A stretch of 64,000 nucleotides of DNA from an uncultured Methanosarcinaceae archaeon (lineage in GTDB: Archaea; Halobacteriota; Methanosarcinia; Methanosarcinales; Methanosarcinaceae). Positions 1-11,575 of the stretch are shown here, piece by piece. Position 1 is the first letter of the stretch. Every line of letters begins with the position of its first letter. The notes beneath the pieces were generated by a model. That model saw nothing but the letters and a program-made list of their open reading frames with translations. It ran no database searches and was not told where the DNA came from. Both the position numbers and the translations under genes were made by a program. The DNA lies in assembly GCA_963847185.1 (NCBI GenBank), contig CAWJYV010000008.1, positions 288,001 to 352,000 on the forward strand. The letters are read 5' to 3'.

Positions 1-1
1 A

Positions 2-766
2 GATTTTGGAGATCTTTATCCTGCAGCCATGAAAGCCGTGATCCTGGGGATTAACCCTGATGCTCAAATTATTGACGTAACTCATTCTATCAGGAGGGCA
101 TCAATTCGTGAAGGGGCTTTTGCTCTTTACTCTTTAGCTCCCTATTTTCCGGCAAAGGCCGTGCATATTGGCGTTGTTGATCCAGGAGTAGGGACTTCTC
201 GTCGAGCGCTTGCCATAAAAGCCGGAGAACCGGGTCAGGAGCAATTTTTTGTTGGCCCTGACAACGGGCTTCTAATCCCTGCTGCCCGCCTGCTGGGGGA
301 AATGGAAGTATACGAGATCACAAACAAAGATCTGATGCTCAAATCAAGGGTATCTGCAACATTTCACGGTAGGGATATTTTTGCACCCGTGGGAGCTTAT
401 CTTTCAAAAGGTATCTCTATCAAAGAAGCAGGACCTCAAATCTCAGATTTTGTAGATCTTGACTTTGGAAGTTTTGGAATTGACGGGCCTTTTCTTGTAG
501 GGGAAGTTGTTTTTGCGGACAGCTTCGGAAATGTTATTACCAATATTCCGGAAGATGTAATTTTTAAGTTCTCCACTTTCGGTTCTCATGTTGAAGTTAA
601 TGGCAGAACCGTTTCCTTTGTTCAGACTTACGGCTTTGCCGGGAAGGAAAGGCCTCTTGTTCTCATAGGCAGCCATGGTTTTCTTGAAATTGCAGTGAAT
701 AAAGGAAATGCTGCGCTTCAGTTCGGCCTGAAAAGCGGAGATAAGGTTGCAATAAAAATCATGTGA
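2..766 (+). CDS. SAM hydroxide adenosyltransferase (DUF62 family), 5' end outside window
   Basis: Frame is open to the window edge (DFGDLYPAAMK); motifs VVDPGVG, GPDNG, TFHGRDIF, DSFGNVITN. Confidence 0.9.
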   Translation, partial: DFGDLYPAAMKAVILGINPDAQIIDVTHSIRRASIREGAFALYSLAPYFPAKAVHIGVVDPGVGTSRRALAIKAGEPGQEQFFVGPDNGLLIPAARLLGEMEVYEITNKDLMLKSRVSATFHGRDIFAPVGAYLSKGISIKEAGPQISDFVDLDFGSFGIDGPFLVGEVVFADSFGNVITNIPEDVIFKFSTFGSHVEVNGRTVSFVQTYGFAGKERPLVLIGSHGFLEIAVNKGNAALQFGLKSGDKVAIKIM

Positions 767-937
767 AAAGCTGTTTCAACAGGTTTGAAAATCTAAAGCC
801 ATCTGTTATATCCTCTTTAAATTCTGGTTTCTTTTTTATTAGAGTCTAATTTTTAACTGTTCTTTCCCAGAAGTCCATCCGGGATTCGGTTAGCGGAATT
901 TTTATATAATTATTTGAGTACAAGCAGTCTGTTAAGA

Positions 938-2416
938 ATGAAACTGACTAATTTGAAAACTTACAAACTGGAAGTTTTCTTTATTTTTGCTCTCATAGTT
1001 TTGAGTTTCTTTACCCTTTCCGGAAATGAGGGTGCAGGTAGTTCTGCTACAAGTCAGAGTACTTTCTGGCTTCCCTCTGCAGTAATGCAATCAGTAGCTG
1101 CATTATATGGCGTATTTATTGCCATCTTTATATTATCCTTGCAGAATAATAAAGACAGCATAAATTCGATAGCCAACCAGATAAAACCAACTCTTAAGAT
1201 TGTATCGTATACGGCAGCCGGTACTATCTATTTTAATGGCCTGATATTAATTGTCTTTAGTCTTGGCTCTTTTTCCGAAACTAAAATGAAATTTTTGCTA
1301 TCGTTTTCTCTTGTTTCAATGGTCCTATCTCTTATAGCCATTGTGTATTCTTCCATGGTTCTATTAAGCGATGTTTCAGGTTTAAAAACGTCTTCAGAAA
1401 AATATTCCTATATTTCAAATCTCCTTAAAGAACAGGACGGAAATCAATCAAATCCGACTAAACAAAATAGCAGAGATATAGACTTCTGTATTAATTCTAT
1501 TGATGACGAAAATCCGGACGTTCGAAAAATTGCAACCGAAGCTCTGGGACAATTTGGAGGTCGGAGAGCTGAAGATGCACTTCTTAGCCTTCTTGAAGAC
1601 AATAGTCCTGGAGTAAAAATAACTGCAGTCAGAATCCTTGGAAGGATAGGAACTGAAAACTCCGTAGAACCTCTAATTAGACGATTGGCTGCAGATAAAG
1701 ATCCTATACTTAGAACATGTGTTATAGAGACTCTTGGAAATCTAAATGATATGCGGGCAATTGAACCTTTAATCAAAAGTCTGGATGACAAAAATTCTGA
1801 AGTAAAGATAGCTTCAGCCCGTTCTCTGGGAATTCTGGGTGATGAAAGGGCTGAAGATGCCCTCATTACCAGGTTGAATAAAGGCTCCTTAGAGTTTCAG
1901 AAGCAGGTGATATTATCTCTTGGAAGAATAGGAGATAAAAAAGCTGTTGATATCCTTATCCACAAACTGGAAGATAAATTTCCTGAAATTCGAAAATGTG
2001 CTGCTGAATCCCTCGGAAAGCTTGAAGATATACAGGCAATAGATCCGCTCCTCAGATGTTTCGAAGATAAAAATCCCGATGTAAGAAACGCTGCGGCATA
2101 CTCTCTTGGAATCCTCAAAACTGACAAAGCAGTTGACGCTTTGATAGGAATGCTAAAAGAACAGGATCCGGAACTCCGGATTACTGCGGTTTATGCCCTT
2201 GGCAGCATAGGCAGTCGAAAGTCCTTTAATGCTCTTCTTGAAATTCTGGGTGACGGTAACCCCTGGGTAAGGCGGTATGCTGCCGAAGCCCTCGGTAAAA
2301 TCGGAGATCAAAAGGCAACAGCTCCTCTGATCAAAAATTTAAGCGATCCTGACTCCGAAGTCAGGTGGGCTACAGCCGAAGCTTTAAGGATGCTGGACCC
2401 GCAAAAAACAGGTTGA
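938..2416 (+). CDS. Membrane-anchored HEAT/PBS-lyase repeat protein
   Basis: About 4 N-terminal hydrophobic segments, then repeated LxDxxxxVRxxAAxALGxIG units; alternative TTG start at 914. Confidence 0.85.
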   Translation: MKLTNLKTYKLEVFFIFALIVLSFFTLSGNEGAGSSATSQSTFWLPSAVMQSVAALYGVFIAIFILSLQNNKDSINSIANQIKPTLKIVSYTAAGTIYFNGLILIVFSLGSFSETKMKFLLSFSLVSMVLSLIAIVYSSMVLLSDVSGLKTSSEKYSYISNLLKEQDGNQSNPTKQNSRDIDFCINSIDDENPDVRKIATEALGQFGGRRAEDALLSLLEDNSPGVKITAVRILGRIGTENSVEPLIRRLAADKDPILRTCVIETLGNLNDMRAIEPLIKSLDDKNSEVKIASARSLGILGDERAEDALITRLNKGSLEFQKQVILSLGRIGDKKAVDILIHKLEDKFPEIRKCAAESLGKLEDIQAIDPLLRCFEDKNPDVRNAAAYSLGILKTDKAVDALIGMLKEQDPELRITAVYALGSIGSRKSFNALLEILGDGNPWVRRYAAEALGKIGDQKATAPLIKNLSDPDSEVRWATAEALRMLDPQKTG

Positions 2417-2621
2417 AAAAGAACATAAAAAGAGTATTTTGAGTTGTAATTCTTTTTTCAGGTATAAAGTAAGTCTTTGAGTTTTTTTATCCCAGATTTT
2501 GGCTTCTTTATCTAGAAGCCATCCTGTTTTTTTCAAAGTGAATTTTAATAATTGACTCCCTACTAAATCCGCTAGAGCAAGCGATAAGTGATTTTACCTT
2601 ATTTCTCATAAATCAGTCCTT

Positions 2622-2686
2622 TGAACGGAAAGAATTGAACGAGCGAAGCGAGAAAACGACCCCGTGATCCCGAATCGCAATTCGGG
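2622..2686. repeat. GC-rich intergenic element ending in hairpin CCCGAAT-CGCA-ATTCGGG
   Basis: Hairpin at about 2668-2686 is visible between convergent genes; resemblance to a dispersed Methanosarcina repeat is from memory and unverified. Confidence 0.35.
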
Positions 2687-2688
2687 TG

Positions 2689-3681
2689 TTACATCCATTC
2701 ATAATTCATCAAAACTTCGGGATTAAGGCTTTGCATCAAACTGTTCTCCGTATACCCGAAAAAGAGGCAGCCTTTGCAATCTTTGACGATTTCTCTTCTG
2801 CGCTCTTCAGAGTTCCTCCAGACACTCTCAAAACCATCCCATATGACGTTTCCAAGGGGTTCGTTCTGTACACGGCATGTTTCAAGAGTGCCATCGTGGA
2901 TAACATTCATAATAATTCCGCTAGCCCTGCATATATAGTCCATCTTTCCATCTCTGACCATTCCAAGATAGGTTTTGGAATTGATAATCGGATAACCCTC
3001 TTCTTTAAGTTCGATTATGCGGTCAACTGTGCTACGTAACTTTTCCTTATCATGGATTCCTATCTCATTCCAGACTTCCTCACTGATCCCCGGGAATCTA
3101 TGGACAGGTTCAAAAGAGATTTTTACTTCCAATTTTTTTGCAAGCAAAATGAGGGTCTCAACATCATCAAGATTCTTCCCCGTTAGCACGCAGTTCATGA
3201 GAATAGGATTCTTTTTTTTCTGGAGTTTTCTGACTTCAATAGCTTTATTTAAGCCTTTTAACAGGGTTTCAAAATCCATATTTCGAATTTCTTTATAACT
3301 TCTTACTCCGTCTACGGAAACCGAAAGGTAATCTACATCTTGAAGCTCTTCAGCTCTTTCATAGAGTAGTTTCCCATTCGTAACCATTGAAGTTATCATT
3401 CCGAGTTTTTTGGCATGGGCCATAATTTGAGGCAGGTCTTTCCGGAGGAGGGGTTCCACAGTCCAGGCATTGTATACCCCAATCCCAAATTCTTTTGCAT
3501 CATCCAACAGCTTGAATATCTCTTCTTTTGCTGGCTCTTCTCCTCCTTTTTTCCAGTAATCGCAAAAACCGCACTTCATATTGCAGTGGGTGTTCACACC
3601 ATGGGAGAGGACAAAAGGACGTTTTTGGACTCTGATCTGCCAGAGAGCCTTTGATGTAAGAATCGGATCAAAACGGGACAT
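2689..3681 (-). CDS. Radical SAM protein with C-terminal SPASM/Twitch-like domain
   Basis: CNMKCGFC (CxxxCxxC) plus C-terminal C...C...CKGC cysteines. Confidence 0.9.
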   Translation of the reverse strand: MSRFDPILTSKALWQIRVQKRPFVLSHGVNTHCNMKCGFCDYWKKGGEEPAKEEIFKLLDDAKEFGIGVYNAWTVEPLLRKDLPQIMAHAKKLGMITSMVTNGKLLYERAEELQDVDYLSVSVDGVRSYKEIRNMDFETLLKGLNKAIEVRKLQKKKNPILMNCVLTGKNLDDVETLILLAKKLEVKISFEPVHRFPGISEEVWNEIGIHDKEKLRSTVDRIIELKEEGYPIINSKTYLGMVRDGKMDYICRASGIIMNVIHDGTLETCRVQNEPLGNVIWDGFESVWRNSEERRREIVKDCKGCLFFGYTENSLMQSLNPEVLMNYEWM

Positions 3682-3978
3682 AAGAATCGCTTATCTGTTT
3701 TAGTAAAAAACCTTTACATTATAAATAAATTCATCTTATTTATGAGTTTTTTGCTATATCTTTTTTACATTCTAAAGTATATGAAGTACGTTATTATAAA
3801 TATATTTAATGACTGGTTTTTGAAAAGTAATGGTTGACTCTTTAGGTACATAGAGCGCAAAATTTATGCAAATAAAAAATAGCCGCAAAGCCATTAGCTT
3901 TATCGAATGCTTAAAAATTAGATTAAAAAAAGAATGCTCGCCATAAGAGACGAGCTTTAATTAGTTACGTATGTGTAT

Positions 3979-4290
3979 TTATCCGAAGAGGGCGCCGAGA
4001 CCGGCCATTCCATCTTCTTCAGAGGTGTCTTCTTCTTCCTCTTCTTCTGCGGCAGGAGCTTCTGCTGCTGCGGGTGCGGCTGCTGCGGGTGCGGCTGCTG
4101 CTGCTGGAGCTGCAAATGCTGCCTTTGCGATTGCTTCTTCGATGTCTACGCCTTCAAGGGCTGCGACAAGGGCCTTTGCCCTGGCTTCGTTAACTTCGAT
4201 ACCAGCTGCCTGAAGAACGGCAGTGATTGCTTCTTCGGTAATTGCTTTACCAGCGTTGTGCAATAAGAGAGCTGCATATATGTATTCCAT
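3979..4290 (-). CDS. rpl12: 50S ribosomal protein P1/L12
   Basis: [11 protein letters not shown] start, Ala-rich hinge, acidic tail ending GLGALFG. Confidence 0.97.
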   Translation of the reverse strand: MEYIYAALLLHNAGKAITEEAITAVLQAAGIEVNEARAKALVAALEGVDIEEAIAKAAFAAPAAAAAPAAAAPAAAEAPAAEEEEEEDTSEEDGMAGLGALFG

Positions 4291-4326
4291 TGTTAATCAC
4301 CTAAATTTCAATTAGCGTAAATTTGT

Positions 4327-5370
4327 TTATCCGAAAAGGGCACCGAGACCGGCCATTCCATCTTCTTCGCCGTGGTCCTCTTCTTCCTCTTCTGCTTCTT
4401 CTTCCTTTACTTCTTCTTTCTTCTCAGTAGTTGTGGTTGCTGCGGCTGCTGCTGCGCTTGCTGCAGCCCCCAGAATTTCTCTCAAACCGTCATCTACGGC
4501 GTTTGCATCCTTATCTGCGGCTTTGGATGCAACGGATGTCATCTGGATATGAGCTTTCGCCAGCAGGGCATCCATGACTCCTGAATCAAACACAACAGCA
4601 TTGACACCAAGGTTCTTTGATTCTGCAAAGGCTTTTGCCAGCAGAGTGCCGATTGTTGCGCTTGTCGGGTATGCGGTGTTGACAGAGAGATTGAAAGCAT
4701 TCTGAGTTGCCCTGATAATATCAGAGAAGTATTGGCTTTCATCGATTGCAAGGAGTTCCGGCTCGTAAATAGTCCCTTCATCGTAGGCGGCTCTTAAGTT
4801 CAGTCCTACAATAAGAGGGTATATTTCCAGCTTTGTAAGCATGGTTGCGAGCTTCTGAGGGACTGCCTCACCTGCTTTACAGACAACCTTCGTTTCCTTT
4901 ACCGCGACTTTCCCTGCTTCTATTGAGGCGGGAATCCCTGCGCTCTGGAGGTCTCCGAGAATCGGGCCAGGCGGGAAACTGGTTGGCCCCTTCTGAACTA
5001 TAATGTCCACAGGAGCTATTGCGCCTCCTCTAATAGGAGACGGAGTTTTTGTCTGTTCAAGCAGCTTGTAAAGCTTGAAGGGATTTTCATTGGTGAATAC
5101 CAGAGCGGTCTGCTTGTCAAGGTATTTATTCATCTCGGGGATGCTTTCTCCGAGTTGATTTAAAGCCCGCTCTGTGAGGGTGTTTCTGGAGACTTTAAGC
5201 ACAGCAACGTCTTTAAGGTCACGGCGAATCTTCTGGATCTTGGTTGCAAGAATACCTTCGATTCCTACCATCCCGAAAACCTTGTGAGACTGAATGAGTT
5301 CCTTTATGTTCTCTATCTCATCCTTTTTCCACTGTGGAACATGCTCGGTGTGATGCATTTCTGCTGCCAT
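4327..5370 (-). CDS. rplP0: 50S ribosomal protein L10/P0
   Basis: PQWKKDE, KGPTSFPPGP, C-terminal GLGALFG; operon position. Confidence 0.97.
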   Translation of the reverse strand: MAAEMHHTEHVPQWKKDEIENIKELIQSHKVFGMVGIEGILATKIQKIRRDLKDVAVLKVSRNTLTERALNQLGESIPEMNKYLDKQTALVFTNENPFKLYKLLEQTKTPSPIRGGAIAPVDIIVQKGPTSFPPGPILGDLQSAGIPASIEAGKVAVKETKVVCKAGEAVPQKLATMLTKLEIYPLIVGLNLRAAYDEGTIYEPELLAIDESQYFSDIIRATQNAFNLSVNTAYPTSATIGTLLAKAFAESKNLGVNAVVFDSGVMDALLAKAHIQMTSVASKAADKDANAVDDGLREILGAAASAAAAAATTTTEKKEEVKEEEAEEEEEDHGEEDGMAGLGALFG

Positions 5371-6012
5371 TCACATCACCCTCTGTGATTTCCCCATGGT
5401 TGTCGTAACGTAGACTGCTCTGAGGTTGTGTTTGCCCTTATCCAGGACACGCTCGAGCCTAGCCACAATAGCTTCGATGTTCTCGGCAAGATCATCGGGA
5501 TTCATATTCCTTCTACCGACAGCCACGTGGAAGGTAAGCCTGTCTTTTGACCTGAGCTTGACCGCATTTTGCTTGCTCTGGATCAATTCCCCTACATCCT
5601 TGTTAGGTAAGAGAGGAATAGGCATTTTCCCTCTAGGTCCAAGAACAATACCAAGGTTCTTACCGATTATCGGCATGAACTGGGTTTCTGCGATAAAAAG
5701 GTCACATTCATTTGCAAGAGTCCTGGCTTTATTCTTGTCAGCAACCAGTTCTTCGAGCTCAACATCAGAAATAACATACGCAGCACCGGCCGCCTTTGCT
5801 TTCAGGCCTACATCACCTTTTGCAAAAACACCGATCTTCAGTTCTTTTCCGAGCCCGTGTGGAAGAATTACTTCTTCATCGACTCTGTTCTTTGGTTGAT
5901 TCATGTCAAGATTCTTTAAGTTAATCGCCAGGTCAACGCTTTCAGAGAAATTGCGCTTTGGCGATTCTTCAAGTACTTTCTTGACAGCTTCCAGTATAGT
6001 ATTTTCTGCCAT
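5371..6012 (-). CDS. rpl1: 50S ribosomal protein L1
   Basis: RNFSESVDLAINL, LGPRGKMP, TTTMG; ATG at 6012 after GGGGAGG SD. Confidence 0.97.
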   Translation of the reverse strand: MAENTILEAVKKVLEESPKRNFSESVDLAINLKNLDMNQPKNRVDEEVILPHGLGKELKIGVFAKGDVGLKAKAAGAAYVISDVELEELVADKNKARTLANECDLFIAETQFMPIIGKNLGIVLGPRGKMPIPLLPNKDVGELIQSKQNAVKLRSKDRLTFHVAVGRRNMNPDDLAENIEAIVARLERVLDKGKHNLRAVYVTTTMGKSQRVM

Positions 6013-6250
6013 CTTGTTCCTCCCCGTAGTGTTTGAACTTGACCGTCCAAGCAGCCTCTTCGGCTTACTACGGTTAGTTTTAGGGCTTCCCGTCAATCCG
6101 GACTCTGTTATTCTAACAGCAAGCCGCTAATAACTCTTTTTTATTTCTTCAGTTAAATGGTATTCAAGGCACTTGAGCTATTAGTGGTATCTAATTTAAA
6201 ACTATTGGTGTGAATAAAAACTCCGGATCTAAAGGGTAAGGTGTTAAGGC

Positions 6251-6736
6251 TTACCATTCCTCGCCTGTAAGCAAATCATCAAATTTGCCTTCATCGAGTG
6301 CTTTCTGGCAGTCCCTTGCTTTCACTCCCTCTACGGTTACGCCCATAGGGACACAGGTGCCCATTACCTCTTTCATTGTTGCTTTAAGATCGTAGGAAAG
6401 TACATCCTCCTTCTTCATACGGGCGATTTTCACGACCTGCGGGATAGTGAGGTTTCCAACAACTTCGCTTCCTGCATTTCCTGACCCCTTCTGAATCCCT
6501 AACTCTTTCATTATCAGGGATGCGGTCGGAGGAGTACCTACTTCGATCTCGACATTTTTCTTGTCGTCAACTATGACTTTCACAGGGACCTGCATTCCAT
6601 TATAGTCCCTTGTTTTTTCATTGATCTTCTCGACCACTTCTTTTATGTTAACCCCGAGAGGACCAAGTGCCGGACCTAAAGGTGGTCCAGGATTTGCTTT
6701 ACCTCCGGGGACAAGTGCTTCAACAATACTTGTCAT
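6251..6736 (-). CDS. rpl11: 50S ribosomal protein L11
   Basis: GGKANPGPPLGPALGPLG motif. Confidence 0.97.
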   Translation of the reverse strand: MTSIVEALVPGGKANPGPPLGPALGPLGVNIKEVVEKINEKTRDYNGMQVPVKVIVDDKKNVEIEVGTPPTASLIMKELGIQKGSGNAGSEVVGNLTIPQVVKIARMKKEDVLSYDLKATMKEVMGTCVPMGVTVEGVKARDCQKALDEGKFDDLLTGEEW

Positions 6737-6852
6737 CTGAGTCTCACCGGTTTTAATACATATAAAGTTTGCAGATCTCTTTCAATCTGCTCTGAGTACT
6801 GGTGATTTAATTAAGCTGGAGTTTCTCTGGATTTTTTCCCATCCGATATGGC

Positions 6853-7311
6853 TTACTCATCTTCTTTTTTGAGCACCCTTACGGTATCGCCACGAATCGT
6901 GATTGGAATTGGAACCACAGCATCGAACAGTTCCACAGTAATTTCCTCATGCCCTTCGTCAACCCTTTTAACCCGGGCTTTCTCCCCTTTGAAGGGTCCT
7001 GAAGTGACCTCAATAATCGCTCCTTCCTTTATACCTGTCACTATTGGCTTCGGCTTAAGGAAGTGCTCAATTTCAGCAACTGATGAGCTGCCTTTTACAA
7101 TTGCTCTTGCATGGGGAATAGTCTGAATTGCCAGTTCTACGATTCCGGATTTAGGGGCTTCGACAAGAACATATCCTTTTAGCTCTTCAGGAGCTAGAAT
7201 TGCTCTGATGTCCAGTCTCTCCTTTTTTGCAATCCTGGCAAGTGCTGTTGCAACCGATTTTTCCTGGTTTGCCGTTGTTTTGATTACAAATATCTGGGAA
7301 TCCTCACTCAT
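6853..7311 (-). CDS. spt5: Transcription elongation factor Spt5/NusG
   Basis: NGN domain (LKGYVLVE) and KOW motif ([10 protein letters not shown]). Confidence 0.95.
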   Translation of the reverse strand: MSEDSQIFVIKTTANQEKSVATALARIAKKERLDIRAILAPEELKGYVLVEAPKSGIVELAIQTIPHARAIVKGSSSVAEIEHFLKPKPIVTGIKEGAIIEVTSGPFKGEKARVKRVDEGHEEITVELFDAVVPIPITIRGDTVRVLKKEDE

Positions 7312-7523
7312 TTGGCCACCCACTGGGGCAACATCGTCAGCAGTACATATATAATAAATCCTATTGCTCCCACAGCCAGAATGCCGACACCTGCAACTTT
7401 GGCAATGGTCAAGAATTCTTCCCTGGACGGTTTTTTTGTAAGTTTCAGGATTCTCAGGTGTTCCCGGATAGCCTGACCAACGCTTTTTTTAGTTACATTC
7501 AGTTCAAACGTGGATTCTACCAA
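7308..7523 (-). CDS. secE: Protein translocase subunit SecE/Sec61-gamma
   Basis: KKPSREEF followed by one TM helix; lies between ftsZ and spt5. Confidence 0.92.
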   Translation of the reverse strand: MVESTFELNVTKKSVGQAIREHLRILKLTKKPSREEFLTIAKVAGVGILAVGAIGFIIYVLLTMLPQWVAK

Positions 7524-7944
7524 TCAAATCACATCCAGGTTTTCTTTACTTATTTCTTTTCTTTTGAGTCTTTCGCTCACAGCTCTTCCTTGTGCTTCCT
7601 TCTTTCGATTTTTATATAAAAATCTTCAGACTTGTATTACAGGAAGGTTTGTATTTACAGGAAGGATCGGGCGGATTATATTATTAATTCCTATTATATG
7701 AAGATATCACTGCCACGGATTAGTATACACCAGAAGATTTAGATGTCGAATTATGTTTTTCTTTATAATCCGCTATTGTGTCAGTTGATTTTTTCATTTT
7801 TGATGCCGAAGTGTATCGGCACCATACTGTATTTACCATAAAAATAGTTTTCGATTGGATTTATATTCTTACTCCTTGTTTTTACTTTAAAAGGAGGAAA
7901 ACAGTATTTTTTCCAACCGAACTTTAATCCCTTGTTCTAATTGA

Positions 7945-9069
7945 TCATTCTACGAAATCAATTCCATACTTAAAGGTGATATTTTTGTCATTTCCATGGC
8001 CATAAATCTGGGCAGACGTTACTCCTGTAACCACGATCATGGTACGTACTGTCTGTTCCAGATCAGGATCAATTTGTGCGCCCCAGATCAAACGGGCGTT
8101 GCTGTCTATGCGGCTGTAAACTTCCTGAACCACAGCCTCAGCTTCCGAAATTGTCATGTCAGGTCCTCCAACCACATTAACAAGAGCAGAAGTAGCACCT
8201 GAAATGTCTACGTCCAGAAGCGGGCTTCTTAAGGCCTTCTGTACAGACTCGACAGCTTTGTTATCGCCGTCTGCCTCTCCAAGCCCTATCATTGCGACGC
8301 CTCCGTTTTGCATAACAGTTCTAATATCTGCAAAGTCAAGGTTCACAAGTCCTGGTTTTGTAATGAGTTCAGTTATGCCTTTTACAGCTCTCATAAGAAC
8401 TTCGTCAGAGACTTTAAAGGCAGCCTGGAGCGGAAGTCTTGGAACAACTTCGATCAACTTGTCATTAGGAACTACTATGACAGTATCTGCAACATCTCTC
8501 AGACGCTCAAGTCCAGCTTCGGCATTTGTCCTTCGAACGTGACCTTCTACACTGAATGGGAGGGTGACAACTGCAATTGTAAGGGCTCCTGCGTCCCTGG
8601 CTGCCTCAGCTACTATAGGCGCTGATCCTGTCCCTGTTCCTCCGCCAAGGCCTGCAGTTATGAAGACCATATCTGCGCCTTCGACAATCTTGTTAATATC
8701 ATCTATACTCTCGATTGCAGCGTCTTCTCCTATCTGGGGGAGGCTACCGGCTCCGAGTCCTCGAGTTTTCTTTCTCCCGATTAGAATCTTTTTGCCGGAA
8801 CGTATATGAAGAAGATGCTGGGCATCGGTGTTTATTGCAACAAGGTCAGCTCCCTCGATTCCTTCGCCCATCATGCGCTGGATGCTGTTTGAGCCGCCGC
8901 CGCCGCAGCCTACCACCTTGATGGTTGTTTTGAGGCTTCTTAGGATCTCTTCGAGTTCGGCATCCACTTCTAAATCTGCATTAGAATAATCTGAGTTTGA
9001 ATAATCTCTTTGCCCGCCGCGTCCTTCCAGGGCAGATCGAGCAAGTGCTTCTTCCACAATGGATCTCAT
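7945..9069 (-). CDS. ftsZ: Cell division protein FtsZ
   Basis: [15 protein letters not shown] tubulin signature, NLDFAD; alternative start at 9087. Confidence 0.97.
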   Translation of the reverse strand: MRSIVEEALARSALEGRGGQRDYSNSDYSNADLEVDAELEEILRSLKTTIKVVGCGGGGSNSIQRMMGEGIEGADLVAINTDAQHLLHIRSGKKILIGRKKTRGLGAGSLPQIGEDAAIESIDDINKIVEGADMVFITAGLGGGTGTGSAPIVAEAARDAGALTIAVVTLPFSVEGHVRRTNAEAGLERLRDVADTVIVVPNDKLIEVVPRLPLQAAFKVSDEVLMRAVKGITELITKPGLVNLDFADIRTVMQNGGVAMIGLGEADGDNKAVESVQKALRSPLLDVDISGATSALVNVVGGPDMTISEAEAVVQEVYSRIDSNARLIWGAQIDPDLEQTVRTMIVVTGVTSAQIYGHGNDKNITFKYGIDFVE

Positions 9070-9477
9070 ACTACTGTTTTCCTCCATTCCATGGGGTAAT
9101 TTTAACAGATTGTATTAAAAGAATATTAAGGGGGAACATATACATTTTAACCATCACATATACAGTTTCCAATTTAATAGTTTTCCTTTTACAGTTTTTT
9201 AATTTATACTATATTGTTTAATTATTTTATTAATGTTCTCCTTCTTTTCTTTTTAGCCTTAGTTTTTTCCATTTTTACTGCTTCTGTGATCAGCTCTTTT
9301 CTTGTTTGTTATCTTCCTTAATTTCTTCATGTAATATATTTATTTTTTTATATTGATTTTCTTGAAGCAGATTCCTGTATTTTTACCTTTCCATCTCTCC
9401 AGATTTATTTTTTTAAGTTCTCGTCTCAAATACTCCTTTTCATATCTTTTTCAGTTATATCTGGGAATCTGGTATGG

Positions 9478-10068
9478 CTATGCTTTACCTCTCGATTCGC
9501 CTAAAATAACGCCTGTTGCGACCAGATGAGCAACTCTCAGAGGCTCAGGAATATTGCTTCTTATTGAAGTAAGCCGTATAATCTTCTCTACACTTTCCAG
9601 GCCTATGCCTGCTTTCTGAATAAATATGGGGTTTTTCTCTTTCACACCAGCTATTTTTTCTATTTTTCCAGCCCTCTCTATTATTTTCCAGCGCTCTTCT
9701 CCATCAGGTAAATATTTGAGCGCGGATTTGATTTTCTTAAAATCTGGATAAGATCTCATGATCACAATTACAGGGATCAAGGTTTCTTTGTAGAGCTTCT
9801 CGATGTCAACAACATTAAAGCCTCCATAAGTAATTCCGTCGAGCATGATCACTCTAATCTGGCCATAATGTCTGCTTTCTCTTATCATGTTGCAAATCAC
9901 GTCTGTAGCGTCAAGTCCATCCCTTGTTATATCCGACCTGAGAACTCCATCTATCCAGTCTCCTCCCCTAAAAACAATACCTACTACCATTACCTTTTCA
10001 TTGAGGAGGGCAGAGTCATCTATACCCAGAATTCGGATCTCGTGTTTAATATGAAAATCTGAACTCAC
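9478..10068 (-). CDS. DUF99 family (endonuclease V-like) protein
   Basis: ILGIDDS, DGITYGGFNVVD, PEPLRVAHL. Confidence 0.85.
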   Translation of the reverse strand: MSSDFHIKHEIRILGIDDSALLNEKVMVVGIVFRGGDWIDGVLRSDITRDGLDATDVICNMIRESRHYGQIRVIMLDGITYGGFNVVDIEKLYKETLIPVIVIMRSYPDFKKIKSALKYLPDGEERWKIIERAGKIEKIAGVKEKNPIFIQKAGIGLESVEKIIRLTSIRSNIPEPLRVAHLVATGVILGESRGKA

Positions 10069-10219
10069 AGGTACTTTTTATGTGTGAATTACAAAAATAG
10101 TTTGCTGGTTTTTCATGAAGCTTTTCATGAAACCTTTTCCAGCATAGTAAAACAGATATTTGATTTTTTCAAGAAAAATAGGCCCTGAAGGGCCCCACAT
10201 TTCTGGTTTATATAAACTT

Positions 10220-11485
10220 TTACACGAACATTGTTGTTTCAGGAAGACTTGCAGGCATCATTTTCTGAGTATCCGCAGCCATAGACACTTTAGTTACTGC
10301 TTCAAGGAAATCATCCATTTCAACTGTTTCCTTATCTTTTCTTACTGCGAACATGCCTGCTTCCGTGGCAACTGCCTTGAGATCTGCCCCACTCATTCCC
10401 TCTGTCATTTTTGCAAGCCTATTAAAATCAATTTCTTCTGCCAGAGTCATTTTCTCACAGTGAATCTCAATAATTCTTTCTCTGGCTTCTATGCCTGGCA
10501 TCGGAACATGGACAAGTCTGTCAAAACGACCTGGCCTGAGAATTGCAGGGTCAAGAACATCAGGACGGTTTGTTGCAGCAATTATCCGGATGTTTTTCCT
10601 TTTGTCAAAACCATCCATTTCTGCAAGAAGTTGCATGAGTGTCCTCTGAACCTCACGGTCTGCGCCTGTAGTTTCGTTTAAGCGCCTTGCAGCAATTGAG
10701 TCCAGCTCATCAATGAAGATAATACTCGGGGCTTTTTTTCTGGCCATCTCGAATATTTCTCTTACAAGTTTGGAGCCGTCTCCAATATATTTTTGTACAA
10801 GTTCGGAACCTACAACCCTTATAAAGGTTGCATTGGTCCTGTGAGCTACGGCTTTTGCGAGTAAAGTTTTGCCAGTTCCTGGAAGCCCATAGAGAAGAAC
10901 CCCTTTAGGAGGCTCGATACCTATTCGAGCAAAACGCTCAGGTTCAATGAGAGGAAGTTCGACTGCTTCCTGAAGTTCCTGGATTTGCTCTTCAAGACCG
11001 CCTATCTGGTCATAGTCCACTTCTACACTTTCGAGGACTTCCATTGCAGCAACAAAGGGCTCTTCCGTGGAAGGAATGACCTCGGCAATGGCAAGAGTAT
11101 GCTGATTTAATGCGACCTTTGCTCCTGGTAGCAGTTTCTTCTCATCGATATACTGTGAGACGTTTACCAGAAACTGAGGCCCGTTGCTGCTCCGGACAAT
11201 TATTCTGTCATTTTTTATGATATCGATGACCGTACCAATGATAAGCGGAGCGGTCTTCATTCGGTCGAGCTCAGACTGCAGCTTTCGTATTTCTCTTTCA
11301 TATTTGATCTTTTGATTTTCCAAATAGCGTTTTTCGGATTCTATCTGGATACATTGCTCCTCCAGAAAACTGTTGCGGCTTTCAAGTTGCCTCATTCTGT
11401 CCTGGATGCTTTCAGTTAGTTCCCCCAGCTCTCCAGGCACGATCCCATCATACACAGGTCCGGTCTTAACAAGGTGACTGCGCAT
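10220..11485 (-). CDS. pan: Proteasome-activating nucleotidase
   Basis: N-terminal coiled coil, OB domain, Walker [23 protein letters not shown]; start uncertain (ORF extends to 11545). Confidence 0.95.
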   Translation of the reverse strand: MRSHLVKTGPVYDGIVPGELGELTESIQDRMRQLESRNSFLEEQCIQIESEKRYLENQKIKYEREIRKLQSELDRMKTAPLIIGTVIDIIKNDRIIVRSSNGPQFLVNVSQYIDEKKLLPGAKVALNQHTLAIAEVIPSTEEPFVAAMEVLESVEVDYDQIGGLEEQIQELQEAVELPLIEPERFARIGIEPPKGVLLYGLPGTGKTLLAKAVAHRTNATFIRVVGSELVQKYIGDGSKLVREIFEMARKKAPSIIFIDELDSIAARRLNETTGADREVQRTLMQLLAEMDGFDKRKNIRIIAATNRPDVLDPAILRPGRFDRLVHVPMPGIEARERIIEIHCEKMTLAEEIDFNRLAKMTEGMSGADLKAVATEAGMFAVRKDKETVEMDDFLEAVTKVSMAADTQKMMPASLPETTMFV

Positions 11486-11575
11486 GCTTTCATCCTTACT
11501 TTTGGTACTTTCCGTCATGGAGCTCCGAATAATATTTAAGTTCATACCGTATATAGCGTTTTCGAAGTGATCAAA

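Noticed and set aside
2689-3681. Radical SAM/SPASM enzyme as maturase of the Cys-containing peptides
   Set aside because: More than 40 kb away in a housekeeping context; no linkage evidence, and the peptides show no leader/core split
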